Assembly (NCBI GenBank): GCA_039589315.1
Contig: JBDHHQ010000132.1
Span: 1-16,164 of the forward strand
Length of the DNA stretch: 16,164 nt
DNA from: Gemmatimonadota bacterium
GTDB lineage: Bacteria > Gemmatimonadota > Gemmatimonadetes > Longimicrobiales > Gaopeijiaceae
Reading direction: 5' to 3'
Shown here: in pieces, positions 15,937 through 16,164 of the stretch
Layout: each line of letters opens with the position of its first letter
Numbering within the stretch: position 1 is the stretch's first letter
Notes under the pieces: model-generated
The model's database searches: none
Seen by the model: the letters and a program-made list of their open reading frames with translations, nothing else
Told to the model about the DNA's origin: nothing
Program-made: the position numbers and the translations under genes

Positions 15937-16164
15937 CTACCCGCCCGGACCCTGGACGGGCAAGCGGATGCCCACGAGCAGCCGGTTTTCAGGCAGCACC
16001 TCCAACGTCAGCGGCTCCGGAAATTCCATCAGGTGAGCGGAGACGAACGCGTCGGCTCCGCTGAGCAGCAGGATGAAGATCCCCAGGGCGGCCCAGTCCT
16101 GGACCTGTTGCGACCGGGTGTCCCTGAGCTCCTGGGCCTCCTGGACCCGGGGATCCTCCTCCAC
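15937..16164 (-). CDS. 3' end of a hypothetical membrane protein, DUF5683-like
   Basis: The frame is open from the window edge; it encodes ...DWAALGIFILLLSGADAFVSAHL..., resembling the DAxVxAHL motif after a TM helix. Convergent with lpxH with a 2-nt gap. Confidence 0.6.
   Translation of the reverse strand: MEEDPRVQEAQELRDTRSQQVQDWAALGIFILLLSGADAFVSAHLMEFPEPLTLEVLPENRLLVGIRLPVQGPGG

Overview
GC-rich (about 70% by eye) bacterial chromosomal window from a diderm, LPS-making organism. The gene set and protein style suggest Gemmatimonadota or a related FCB-group lineage (inference). From left to right it contains: (i) a minus-strand run of a HemC-like gene, a stand-alone heptose-1-P adenylyltransferase, rph and rdgB (truncated at the edge); (ii) a divergently transcribed 10-gene Mrp/Mnh-type cation/H+ antiporter operon (E-F-G-DUF4040/MbhE-like-B-C-D-A'-small membrane protein-D) with three NuoL/M/N-like subunits and no redox module; (iii) a convergent, translationally coupled minus-strand trio encoding a gluzincin/beta-propeller/Omp85 protein, an unknown lipoprotein and an LptE-family lipoprotein; (iv) divergent lpxH and the 3' end of a DUF5683-like membrane protein gene. 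I saw no RNA genes, mobile elements or CRISPR arrays. The most notable observation is that the HemC homologue is a full-length intact ORF that has lost the cofactor-attachment Cys, the catalytic Asp and most pyrrole-binding Arg/Lys residues, several by charge reversal. It looks like a repurposed pseudoenzyme, and it shares a divergent promoter region with the Mrp operon. All family assignments come from motif recognition by eye; no searches were run.
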